A stretch of DNA of 64,000 nucleotides. Source: Candidatus Micrarchaeota archaeon (GTDB lineage: Archaea > Micrarchaeota > Micrarchaeia > Micrarchaeales > CABMGC01). Made by a program: the position numbers and the translations under genes. The DNA is taken from the NCBI GenBank assembly GCA_046536795.1, contig JAWDMB010000001.1:74449-138448 (forward strand), given 5' to 3'. Position 1 is the first letter of the stretch; every line of letters starts with the position of its first letter. Of this stretch, positions 8,289 to 17,197 are shown piece by piece. The notes beneath the pieces were generated by a model. That model searched no databases, had not been told where the DNA came from, and saw only the letters and a program-made list of their open reading frames with translations.

Positions 8289-8696
8289 ATGAAAATAAGT
8301 GATTTAAAGGCAGGCGCATCAAACGTAAACATCGAGGCTACTGTTACAGAAAAACAGGAGCCTAGAGAGGTAGTAACGAAGTATGGAAAAAGGTTGAATG
8401 TTGCTAATGTTACCCTTAAGGATGAAACCGGAAGTATATTGCTTACAGTCTGGGGAAATGATATAGATACAATAGAGGTAGGAGATAAGGTAAGGATCAC
8501 AAACGGCTATGTGAGCGAATTTAGAGGCACGCCGCAGCTCTCTGCAGGCAAATACGGAAAGATAGAGGTAATAGAAAAAGGTTCAAATAAGGGAGAAGAG
8601 CTCAAAACAAGCGAAGAGTTTGATAGAGAAGAGGGCTCAGATGAATTCGGAGCTGACGTGGGAGACGAAGAAGGTGGGGAGGAAGAGAACGCATAA
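8289..8696 (+). CDS. ssb: single-OB-fold ssDNA-binding protein with acidic C-terminal tail
   Basis: 135 aa. OB pattern (NIEATVTEKQEPREVVTKYGKRLNVANVTLKDETGSILLTVWGNDID..GDKVRITNGYVSEFRG.PQLS), followed by a tail of E/D/G residues. GGTGA lies upstream of the ATG. Confidence 0.7.
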   Translation: MKISDLKAGASNVNIEATVTEKQEPREVVTKYGKRLNVANVTLKDETGSILLTVWGNDIDTIEVGDKVRITNGYVSEFRGTPQLSAGKYGKIEVIEKGSNKGEELKTSEEFDREEGSDEFGADVGDEEGGEEENA

Positions 8697-8698
8697 AC

Positions 8699-9949
8699 TT
8701 AAAAATCAATCTTTAGTTTGTCTCCAACCTTTGGCGCATATGCATCGAATCCTTCTAGCTTTAATGTTTCTGCAAACAGCTTAGTGTTTTCGTTATCTCC
8801 ATGCACGCAAATCACAGTTTCAGGGTTGCTTCTTCTTACATATTCATAAAGATCTGCTTTTCCTGCGTGGGCTGAGAAATCGAAGAATTCAAAAGGGGTT
8901 TCGACTTTGAACTTCCTACCGTTTATTTTTATAGGCTTGCCTTCCATGAGCCTCCTACCATTTGTACCTTCTACTTGATAACCTGTAAGAAATATCTTTG
9001 AGTTTTTATTTAATTTTGTTATGTAATCCAAGGCTGGTCCACCATTTAGCATGCCTGCTGTGGTTACTATAATACTAGGCCTTTGGAGCGGTTCAGACCT
9101 CTCTGCATGCATGCCTATCCAATGGGCATTCTTAAGCGCACCGAGCAATATGTCTTTGTTCCTTGTAAACTCTGGATAATTTATTATTATCTCCGAAGCT
9201 GCCTTAGCCATTCCATCTATGTAAGTATAGTCTATGAGCTTGTTCATATATAATATTGCGAGCATCTCTTGCGCTCTGCCCACAGCAAAAGATGGCACAA
9301 GTGCTATGCCATTGTTGTCAAGTACCTCCTTTACCTCATTAATAAACCTTCTTATAAGCTCGTTTCTATCTGGATGCTCTCTGTTTGCGTATGTTGACTC
9401 TATTATTAAGATATTTCCCTCTACAATATCTGCACTGCCTTGAAGTATTTGCGGTTGCAGTTTGAAATCACCTGTATAAACTATTCTCTTGTCGTTGCTT
9501 ATCTTCTCTATAAGTGTAACCGCACTTCCGCTTATATGGCCGGCATCATAGAGTGTAATATAATAGCCGTTATTTTCTATTGGAACGCCATACTCATATT
9601 TTATGTACTTGCTCATTAGTATGTTGAGCTGCTTTTTGAAGAAATTCTGCTTTGCGTGCTGTCTTCTGTTTATTTTCATCGAATCCTTTATAAGAAGCTC
9701 GCTAAGCTGCGCTGTAGGCTCTGTCATAATTGTTGTTGGATAATTCCCAAAGAAGAGGGTTGGAAAAAATCCGCTATGATCGAGGTGTGCATGGCTCAGT
9801 ATAGCTATATCTACGCCACCAACCTGCATAGGGTACTCTGTCTTGTCATCTATTTTTATGCCGTAATCAAGAAGGATTCTTTTTTCATCGTTGATTAATA
9901 TTGCGGATCTTCCAACCTCGCTTGCTCCTCCTAAAAACTGGATCTCCAA
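8699..9949 (-). CDS. beta-CASP metallo-beta-lactamase ribonuclease (aCPSF2 / RNase J-like)
   Basis: 416 aa. HAHLDHSG motif, and the MBL plus beta-CASP order ending in VHGD. No N-terminal KH domains. Confidence 0.8.
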   Translation of the reverse strand: MEIQFLGGASEVGRSAILINDEKRILLDYGIKIDDKTEYPMQVGGVDIAILSHAHLDHSGFFPTLFFGNYPTTIMTEPTAQLSELLIKDSMKINRRQHAKQNFFKKQLNILMSKYIKYEYGVPIENNGYYITLYDAGHISGSAVTLIEKISNDKRIVYTGDFKLQPQILQGSADIVEGNILIIESTYANREHPDRNELIRRFINEVKEVLDNNGIALVPSFAVGRAQEMLAILYMNKLIDYTYIDGMAKAASEIIINYPEFTRNKDILLGALKNAHWIGMHAERSEPLQRPSIIVTTAGMLNGGPALDYITKLNKNSKIFLTGYQVEGTNGRRLMEGKPIKINGRKFKVETPFEFFDFSAHAGKADLYEYVRRSNPETVICVHGDNENTKLFAETLKLEGFDAYAPKVGDKLKIDF

Positions 9950-10027
9950 ATAAACACTCCCATCTTTTTATCGATTCTTCTTATAAAAATATAAAGTTAT
10001 AGTTTTATAGATTTTAAGATTTTATAT

Positions 10028-10687
10028 ATGCTTGATTTTATGGCTAGTGATGATATAGACTTTATGGATCTTGTATGTATAACCAAGATAACCCCCGATA
10101 CAGTATTAGAAAAATTTGGAAGCCTTATAAATGCAAGCTTTTTTGACGGCTCAAAGGTTGCTGGCACCTTAAAGCAGAAGGGACTTATCGATTTTTCAGC
10201 AAGCTATCCCGGGCCTAGCAAAATGCTCCTCACAGATGATGGTAAGAAATTAATAGATGAAGCGAATGCAAAAAGCACAGAGCCATTTGATGATCTTGAC
10301 AAAACAATTCTTGCACAGCTTTCCGGAGGTAGAAGAAATCCAAGCGAACTTGGTGCAAGCCTAAATCTAAGACCAAAGGACCTTGCTTTGAGATTATACA
10401 AGCTTTCAAAACAAGAATATATTACCTACGAACTTAAGAAGGGTGGCGTTGAGGTAATGCTCACTGAAAAAGGATTTTTAGCCGTACCAAAAGCACAGGG
10501 TATACAGCAAACTACACAACCAAGCGCACAACAGGCAGGGGGCGCTGAACCGACAGACCATGAGCTGGAGGCGCAGATTGCACAAAATGTAAAAACGCGC
10601 AAGAGCTCCAAAAAGGTTACAATACTTTTAGCGATTGTGCTGATAATAATTATTGCTGTTGCACTTTATTATAAGCACCTTATCTGA
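10028..10687 (+). CDS. hypothetical tail-anchored protein with two wHTH-like modules
   Basis: 219 aa. Two repeats of a helix-rich module, a Q/A-rich linker, and a single C-terminal TM segment (VTILLAIVLIIIIAVALYY). Confidence 0.5.
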   Translation: MLDFMASDDIDFMDLVCITKITPDTVLEKFGSLINASFFDGSKVAGTLKQKGLIDFSASYPGPSKMLLTDDGKKLIDEANAKSTEPFDDLDKTILAQLSGGRRNPSELGASLNLRPKDLALRLYKLSKQEYITYELKKGGVEVMLTEKGFLAVPKAQGIQQTTQPSAQQAGGAEPTDHELEAQIAQNVKTRKSSKKVTILLAIVLIIIIAVALYYKHLI

Positions 10688-10692
10688 TTTAC

Positions 10693-11304
10693 ATGCTATT
10701 AGAATATATGAAAGCTAAGAAGCTCCTTGAGAAGTATGGAATAGCTAGCATAGAAAGTGCATACATTAATAATATAGATGAGCTTAAGAAATTCGTTGAT
10801 AAAAACCAAAACATTGTTCTAAAAGCACTATCAGAAAAAGCACTGCATAAGTCAAAATCTGGGCTTGTAATGCTTAATGTAAACAAAGAAAATGCAATTA
10901 GCATGTACAATGAACTTTTGGATAGGGCAAAGGCATACGCACCCTTCAAGATACTTGCACAGAAAATGGCTAGCCCCGGCATAGAAGTAATTATTGGTGG
11001 CAGAGAAGATGCACAGTTTGGAAAGCTTATACTTATAGGTCTTGGTGGCGTGTTTGTAGAAGCTTTTAAGGATTTCTCACTACGTATATGCCCAATAAGT
11101 AGATATGATGCAGAGAAGATGCTTCTTGAATTAAGATCAAAAGATATAATAACATATAACGGCAAGGCGAGCAAAACCCTAATCGACCTTCTCCTTAAGG
11201 TATCGAAGATGCTCGAAGAAAATGATATAAAAGAACTTGATTTGAATCCTATAATAATAAGAGAAAATGGCTATGATGCGGTTGATTTGAGAATAATAGA
11301 ATAG
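10693..11304 (+). CDS. acdB: acetyl-CoA synthetase (ADP-forming), beta subunit (ATP-grasp)
   Basis: 203 aa. LLEYMKAKKLLEKYGI.. and VLKALSEKALHKSKSGLV.. give an ATP-grasp pattern. Lies immediately upstream of the alpha subunit. Confidence 0.75.
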   Translation: MLLEYMKAKKLLEKYGIASIESAYINNIDELKKFVDKNQNIVLKALSEKALHKSKSGLVMLNVNKENAISMYNELLDRAKAYAPFKILAQKMASPGIEVIIGGREDAQFGKLILIGLGGVFVEAFKDFSLRICPISRYDAEKMLLELRSKDIITYNGKASKTLIDLLLKVSKMLEENDIKELDLNPIIIRENGYDAVDLRIIE

Positions 11305-11313
11305 GGTAATTGC

Positions 11314-12702
11314 GTGAGAGTAGATTTAGGACCAATGATGAATCCAAAATCTGTTGCTGTGATAGGTGCATCTAGGGACCCAAATAAGGTAGGTCATATT
11401 ATACTACAAAATTATATAGATAATGGATTTAGCGGCGAGCTTTATCCTGTAAACAAAAACATAGCACCAGGCGAAAAGATAATAGGACTCACCGCTTATA
11501 GAAGCGTGCTTGAGATTAAGAAAAATATAGATCTTGCTGTTATTGCTGTTCCTGCGCCAATTGTGCCGAGCGTGCTTGAAGAATGCGGAAAGGCGAAGGT
11601 AAAAACTGCTGTAGTCATAAGTGGAGGTTTTGCAGAAGTAGGCAATGTAGAGCTACAGGATAAGATTGTTGAGATAGCAAAGAAGTACAATATTGCAATG
11701 CTCGGCCCAAACTGCCTTGGCATAATGGATCCTTTATCAAAAGTAGACACCCTCTTCTTGCCGACTTATAAGCTTAGCAGACCGCGCGTTGGTGGAGTAA
11801 GCTTTGTAACGCAGAGTGGTGCTGTTGGAAGCACTATACTGGACCTTATAGCAAAAGAAGGCTTTGGTCTTTCTAAATTTATCTCTTATGGAAATGCTGC
11901 TTATGTTGATGAAGTTGATTTGCTAGAATACCTTTTGCACGACAAGCAGACCAAAGTAATTGTTATGTATATAGAAGGTGTTAAGAGAGGAAAGGAATTG
12001 ATAGAGATAGCAAAGAAGGTAACCAAAGTAAAGCCCGTAATCGTTCTAAAGGCAGGCATTACAGAAGAAGGCGCAAAAGCTGCGCACTCGCATACAGCTT
12101 CATTAGCAGGAAATAACGAAGCGTATGATGCTTTATTTAAGCAATTTGGATTCATAAAGGCAAAAGACCTTAGCGAACTTCTAGACTTTGCAAAAATATT
12201 TTCAAGTGAGAATCTGCCGCATGGAGATAGGGTGGCTATTATTACAAATGGCGGTGGAACTGGTGTACTTGCAACAGATGCTATATACCTAAACGGCTTG
12301 AGGCTGGCAGAATTTAGTGAAGAAACAAACAAAGAGCTTAGGAAAGTAATGCCCGATATTGTAAATATAAGGAATCCTCTAGACTTGGCGGGTGACGCTG
12401 ATGAAAAAAGGTATAGCGATGCGCTTTCAATACTATCAAAAGATCCGAATATAGATATGTTTATTGTTATTGCTTTGTTCCAAACACCGGGAGCGGACTC
12501 TCCTGTAGCCGAGAAACTTATCTACTTCAAAAAGAATATAGAAAAACCTATGATTGTAGTCACCACAGGTTCTGATTTTACCCAGACACACAAGATCATG
12601 ATGGAGAGTTCTGGGCTTCCAGTATATGATTCTCCAATGGCGGCGGCTTCTGCGCTTGCAGAGCTTTACAAATACTGGAAATATAAGAACAAGATGCTAT
12701 GA
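11314..12702 (+). CDS. acdA: acetyl-CoA synthetase (ADP-forming), alpha subunit
   Basis: 462 aa. CoA-binding PKSVAVIGASRDPNKVGH, then FVTQSGA and the phosphohistidine region AAHSHTASLAG. Confidence 0.85.
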   Translation: MRVDLGPMMNPKSVAVIGASRDPNKVGHIILQNYIDNGFSGELYPVNKNIAPGEKIIGLTAYRSVLEIKKNIDLAVIAVPAPIVPSVLEECGKAKVKTAVVISGGFAEVGNVELQDKIVEIAKKYNIAMLGPNCLGIMDPLSKVDTLFLPTYKLSRPRVGGVSFVTQSGAVGSTILDLIAKEGFGLSKFISYGNAAYVDEVDLLEYLLHDKQTKVIVMYIEGVKRGKELIEIAKKVTKVKPVIVLKAGITEEGAKAAHSHTASLAGNNEAYDALFKQFGFIKAKDLSELLDFAKIFSSENLPHGDRVAIITNGGGTGVLATDAIYLNGLRLAEFSEETNKELRKVMPDIVNIRNPLDLAGDADEKRYSDALSILSKDPNIDMFIVIALFQTPGADSPVAEKLIYFKKNIEKPMIVVTTGSDFTQTHKIMMESSGLPVYDSPMAAASALAELYKYWKYKNKML

Positions 12703-13899
12703 GCTCTTGAAAATTAGCGAGAGCGCCTTACTTATTGCCTTTTCTTTATTCTTCTCAGAGCTAAGGGCTTCAAATAGGTCTGTTGGACTAACATCTAGTT
12801 TATAGCCATTGCTTTCTAGCTCTTTCAAAAACATGCTAGTGCCAAAATCTTTTATTGAGATATTCTCAATTGCTTTGTTTCTTAATGCTTCTATCTCGCT
12901 TTCTGCTTCTTTATCTTTTATGTCTTTACTTACTTCAACTATCGCCTTGCCCTCAAATTTCTTAGCTAATGCAAGAAGTTCGAAATCATTTTCCTTAAAA
13001 CCCTTGCTTGCTTCTCCAATAAGCATGAGTCTTATTATTGGCTTCTCATCTTTTCCGATAAAACCGCTTATCTTTTCTTCTGCTTCTTTCAAAACAAGTG
13101 AAGGATTCTTTCCTGTAACATCTACCTTTACCACATAAAACTTCCTTGAATTTATCTCTATGAATTTATACTCACTATTCTTTGTATCAAATAAGAAGAA
13201 GCCTTTACTTTCTGTTTCTTCCTCTTTAAGCTGTGTAAGCACTGTGCTCCCCGGAATGAGGAAAGGTTTAGAATGAACCGTTTTCTCGACCTTTGAATGT
13301 ATGTGGCCATCTATATACAGATCAAAGCCTTTTGGAAGTTCGTCAAGGGATATGAAATTTTTGTCAAATGGCATAAGATCGTAGACAGACTGGTGGAAGA
13401 CAAAAATATTAAACATTGAGTCTATAGGCTTAGGGTCTTTTTTCTTTAGCATATCCCTAAACCTCTCTTCGGATATACCACCAATTCCGTATACTGCAAC
13501 CTTTTCTCCATCTTTTTCTACAATAGCTCTTGCCTCGCTTATGTTAACAAGAAGTCCAGCAAGGCCAAGGAGGTCTACAGCATCTTCAGCCCCTTCAGAA
13601 CGACGCTCATGAGTTCCAGATATAGCGAGAATTGGTAAATCGGTATAGATTTCCCTTGGTCCATCATAGCTTGTTACTCTCGCTTCCCACTTCTTGCCTG
13701 ATACCACGCTTCTAAAAATATTCAAACCCTGAGCAAGCACCTCCGGTTTTGGTGATCTGTTGTCAAACAAATCGCCAGGTATTATAAGCATGTCTGCCAT
13801 CGAAGAAGCTTTTTCAAGAGCTTCTCTTGCTTGAAGATAAGCATCTTCATAGAAGCGTTCATAGCCAAGATGAAAGTCAGAAACAATTGCTATCTTCAT
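12697..13899 (-). CDS. Mre11/SbcD-like metallophosphoesterase
   Basis: 400 aa. MKIAIVSDFHLG, PGDLFD, SGTHE, FHQ and DGHIHS are calcineurin-like nuclease motifs. It has a long C-terminal extension. No rad50, herA or nurA lies nearby. Confidence 0.6.
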   Translation of the reverse strand: MKIAIVSDFHLGYERFYEDAYLQAREALEKASSMADMLIIPGDLFDNRSPKPEVLAQGLNIFRSVVSGKKWEARVTSYDGPREIYTDLPILAISGTHERRSEGAEDAVDLLGLAGLLVNISEARAIVEKDGEKVAVYGIGGISEERFRDMLKKKDPKPIDSMFNIFVFHQSVYDLMPFDKNFISLDELPKGFDLYIDGHIHSKVEKTVHSKPFLIPGSTVLTQLKEEETESKGFFLFDTKNSEYKFIEINSRKFYVVKVDVTGKNPSLVLKEAEEKISGFIGKDEKPIIRLMLIGEASKGFKENDFELLALAKKFEGKAIVEVSKDIKDKEAESEIEALRNKAIENISIKDFGTSMFLKELESNGYKLDVSPTDLFEALSSEKNKEKAISKALSLIFKSS

Positions 13900-13917
13900 T
13901 ATATCATCTTATATTAG

Positions 13918-14916
13918 TCAGCTATTCAACAATCTTTTTATTTCTTGAAGTGCGGCATCGGCTGCTTTACCAACCGCATCTTTATTTGGTCCGTATGCAC
14001 CTGCCGCACATGGATGGCCACCGCCGTTTCCATTAAGAAATGCTGATACACGCTGCATCACCCTGCCCAAATGCAGCGAATGCTTTTTATCAAGTGGCGG
14101 CCTTAATCTTGCTGAAATTGACGCCTCTTTTTCGGAAACCATCCAGAAGAGTGAAGCGTCTGCACCTATCTTAATTGCCATATCTGCAACAACATTTGCG
14201 TGCTCCTTTGCTTTACCATAGATCAATAGATATTTGCCCACCACCTCAACAGATGAGTTATAAAGATCTTTTATAGTATCGTATCTATTTTCCAAAGGTA
14301 TGCTCTCATGAAAATACTCCATTATTTCCGCATAGTTCATGCCAGCTATTCTAAGCAACTCACCTATCTGGGTAAATGTATGGGCGGTAGCATTCTTAAA
14401 GTCTGCTGAGTCAGAGATAATTCCGTTAAGCAAAAGTATAGCCATCTCCTTATTTATTTTTTTGCCGAGCTTGAGTAGAAGATCATAAATAATGCTTGAG
14501 GTAGAGTTGAAATCTTCATCTGAAAATACCAAGAAGTTGTTTCCAAGCTCTTCAGTTGTAGGAAGGTGGTGATCTATAAAAAGCACCTCGCCTTTGAACT
14601 TCCTAAGCTGTTCACCAAGCGCACCCAGGGATTCCAGATTGTTTGCATCAAAGACAACAACCACTTCTACATCATCTAAAGAAGCTTCTTCTATACGTTC
14701 TTCATAGCCCACCTCCTTAAGCATCTTTCTTGCATTGTTTGTTATAAAATCGGGGGTTCCAACTTTGACGTATTCAAAGCAATTAGAAAATGCGACCGCA
14801 GAGCCAACAGCGTCTCTATCTCCAATAGAATGAAAGGTGAAAAGAAACCTTCTTTGTGAATTTGCTACAAAAAACTTTAAAAGGTCGTCGAAGCTCAAAA
14901 CCTTCAAAGAAACCAC
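13918..14916 (-). CDS. DHH/DHHA1 family phosphoesterase (NrnA/RecJ-like)
   Basis: 332 aa. Motifs HSIGDRDAVGS, FIDHH and the DHHA1 GGGHPCAAG. Confidence 0.8.
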   Translation of the reverse strand: MVSLKVLSFDDLLKFFVANSQRRFLFTFHSIGDRDAVGSAVAFSNCFEYVKVGTPDFITNNARKMLKEVGYEERIEEASLDDVEVVVVFDANNLESLGALGEQLRKFKGEVLFIDHHLPTTEELGNNFLVFSDEDFNSTSSIIYDLLLKLGKKINKEMAILLLNGIISDSADFKNATAHTFTQIGELLRIAGMNYAEIMEYFHESIPLENRYDTIKDLYNSSVEVVGKYLLIYGKAKEHANVVADMAIKIGADASLFWMVSEKEASISARLRPPLDKKHSLHLGRVMQRVSAFLNGNGGGHPCAAGAYGPNKDAVGKAADAALQEIKRLLNS

Positions 14917-14918
14917 CG

Positions 14919-15272
14919 TTACTGCTGTATGCCGGAGAGCTTCTTTTTTATTGCTTCTTCTCGTGATTTAAGAGATGAAAGCTGCTTATTAATCATTTGT
15001 ATTCTTAGATCTAAGCTCTCGCTCTTTTCCTTCAAATTGCTAAGCGCCTTCTCTTTATCTGTCTCTACTATTATACCGCCTATTGTTAAGTAAATTTTTC
15101 CTGTTGCTTTCTCAACCTCACTTTTTGCATTTTCTGCCTCGTTTTTTTGTAACTGCAGGTCTTGAAGCTGAAGGGTAAGCCCTCTTATTTGCTCCTCTAG
15201 CAATTGATACTCTTTTACGAGCTTCTCTAGCTCTTGTTCCTCATTTTCGCTTTTTCCACTTGGTGTTTCCAT
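14919..15272 (-). CDS. pfdB: prefoldin beta subunit
   Basis: 117 aa. Two coiled-coil arms flank a central beta hairpin (KIYLTIGGIIVETDKEKA). Confidence 0.7.
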   Translation of the reverse strand: METPSGKSENEEQELEKLVKEYQLLEEQIRGLTLQLQDLQLQKNEAENAKSEVEKATGKIYLTIGGIIVETDKEKALSNLKEKSESLDLRIQMINKQLSSLKSREEAIKKKLSGIQQ

Positions 15273-15512
15273 TTAACCACTCAATTCTTTCTCCATCTGC
15301 TCCTTAGTTATCTCCTCTATACGCACATCTTTATCGTGCTTTTTTTGCTTTTCGCCTATTATATTATCTATACCAAATTTCATAAGCTTTGCCTGATACC
15401 TTGAAAGGAAAACCTTTCTGCCTCCTTTATCTCTTAATATGACCGCACCACTATCATCTATAGTAACATAAAGCACCTCATCTGAATTATATATTTTAAA
15501 GTATTTTACCAT
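15273..15512 (-). CDS. hypothetical protein (79 aa)
   Basis: ORF abutting pfdB. I prefer Met12 (nt 15512) as the start, which limits overlap with the upstream ORF. Confidence 0.4.
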   Translation of the reverse strand: MVKYFKIYNSDEVLYVTIDDSGAVILRDKGGRKVFLSRYQAKLMKFGIDNIIGEKQKKHDKDVRIEEITKEQMEKELSG

Positions 15513-15891
15513 CTTTTTCGCCTTTGTTGATGCAAGTAATATCATACTTAACTTCCTTTCTATCTGCTACCGCGCCGTCAGAATCATATATTAAAGTGGT
15601 AATTTTTATTTGGAAAGTATCTGGATATATATCATTATTTGAAAAGATCTTGAACCTTTTCTCTTTTACCGCGCCGTTTGAAAGTATACCAACATTTATC
15701 TTTCCAAGCTTTAATGATCTATCAGGTGCAAGTGAAATAGGTGGCTCTACTTCAACAAGCGTCTCAACCCAGTAGCTGCTGCTTGGATCTACATCAGAAA
15801 GGGTAAATTTAAGTTTAACATCAAGCTCATTTCTCCTGAAAGCTATTAGCTCTTGCGGGTTGCTTTCAATACTTAACTCTAAATTCGGCAT
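15496..15891 (-). CDS. hypothetical protein (131 aa, beta-rich)
   Basis: ORF with no antisense competitor. No motif recognised. Confidence 0.45.
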   Translation of the reverse strand: MPNLELSIESNPQELIAFRRNELDVKLKFTLSDVDPSSSYWVETLVEVEPPISLAPDRSLKLGKINVGILSNGAVKEKRFKIFSNNDIYPDTFQIKITTLIYDSDGAVADRKEVKYDITCINKGEKDGKIL

Positions 15892-15961
15892 GTTTTTGAT
15901 TTGCTTTTATTAAATATAAATATCTTTATCAACATCCAACTTAGACCAGACTATAAAAAGC

Positions 15962-16663
15962 CTAGCCAGAGCCAAAACGCGATGCTATTTTTATGAATTT
16001 CCTTGCGTTATTCAGCATATCGTGGTCGTTGTTGAAAAAGACAAAAGCTTTTTTAGGATTTTTTTCTTTTATTTGCAAAAATAGTTCCTCAAGCTCCTTG
16101 TCTGAATAATTATAGCTATACCAGCTTTTCCTGCCATGAAGTCTTAAGTATATGTTGTTTGATGTATTTTCTATAACGCTTGCAAATGGCGCGTCTATAC
16201 TTACAAATGTTATGCCGAGTTCCTTAAGCTGCTTGTAAACCTCTTTATTGAACCACTCGCTTGCTCTTGGCTCAAGCGCAAACTTTTCAGCAATATCAAA
16301 TTTCTTAAGCAAGAGCTCTATGTTTTTTATTATGTTTGGTGTTATAGAAGGCGGAAGCTGAAAAAGATAATAGCTTATATGTTTGTCAAGCGGCTCAAAC
16401 AAGTTTAGAAATCTTTCCAAAAGATCGTAGCTATTCTCGCTAAGTTTGTATTGGTGGGTTATAAGCCTATTTACCTTAACAGCCCAGGATATTTTGCTTC
16501 CAATGCTCGCCCAGTGCTTTACTTGGTTTGGATATGGGAACCTGTAGAAGCTTGCATTAAGCTCTACCGCATTTAAGCCGGAGTTGTTTATGTACCATTC
16601 AAGGCTGCCCTCTTTGTTCCAACTATACATCCAGCCTGAAGTGCCAATATAAATTTCCATCAT
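15962..16663 (-). CDS. DUF72 (YecE-like) family protein
   Basis: 233 aa. IGTSGWMYSWN.., NAVELNASFYRFP and ..YLRLHGR are typical of DUF72. Confidence 0.75.
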   Translation of the reverse strand: MMEIYIGTSGWMYSWNKEGSLEWYINNSGLNAVELNASFYRFPYPNQVKHWASIGSKISWAVKVNRLITHQYKLSENSYDLLERFLNLFEPLDKHISYYLFQLPPSITPNIIKNIELLLKKFDIAEKFALEPRASEWFNKEVYKQLKELGITFVSIDAPFASVIENTSNNIYLRLHGRKSWYSYNYSDKELEELFLQIKEKNPKKAFVFFNNDHDMLNNARKFIKIASRFGSG

Positions 16664-16719
16664 ATAAGAATATGCTCAACTAATTTAAATTTGTATATAC
16701 ATATATTTTTGGTGCGGTT

Positions 16720-17187
16720 ATGCTTAATGAAGCTGAGCTTATAGAAAATGAGATAACGCTAAGGGACATGAGGCTTACCAAAGAAGTGCTTGAGACAAGG
16801 CGTTCGATAGCAAGATGGCTTGCTTTGTCCCTTGGCATAATTAATCCAGGCGAGTCAAGGCTCAGTGCTATTGCCGTGCTTGATGCACTCCTTTATTTTC
16901 AGTTTATAAAGAAGCTTGACCCAAGTATCACTGAGCTAAAGGAATATATAAATAATAATTGGCAGAATATAAATGAAAAGACGCTCAGATACCACTTGCT
17001 CAGGCTCAAAAAAATGGGCATTATCGAAAACAGCCAAGGAAAATTTTACTTTAAAATGCCAGAGATAGGAGATAAGTATGATGTTGAAGCCTGGGCAAAC
17101 AATCTTTTTAAGGAAGAATTTAATAATGTAATAAATAAAGTAAAAGAAGCTGTAAACGAGCTAAAAAATAAGCCAACAATCCAGTAG
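16720..17187 (+). CDS. hypothetical protein, possible winged-helix regulator
   Basis: 155 aa. TLRYHLLRLKKMGIIENSQGKFYF resembles a wHTH wing. Lies upstream of the surface-protein gene. Confidence 0.4.
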   Translation: MLNEAELIENEITLRDMRLTKEVLETRRSIARWLALSLGIINPGESRLSAIAVLDALLYFQFIKKLDPSITELKEYINNNWQNINEKTLRYHLLRLKKMGIIENSQGKFYFKMPEIGDKYDVEAWANNLFKEEFNNVINKVKEAVNELKNKPTIQ

Positions 17188-17197
17188 GCTGAGAAAA

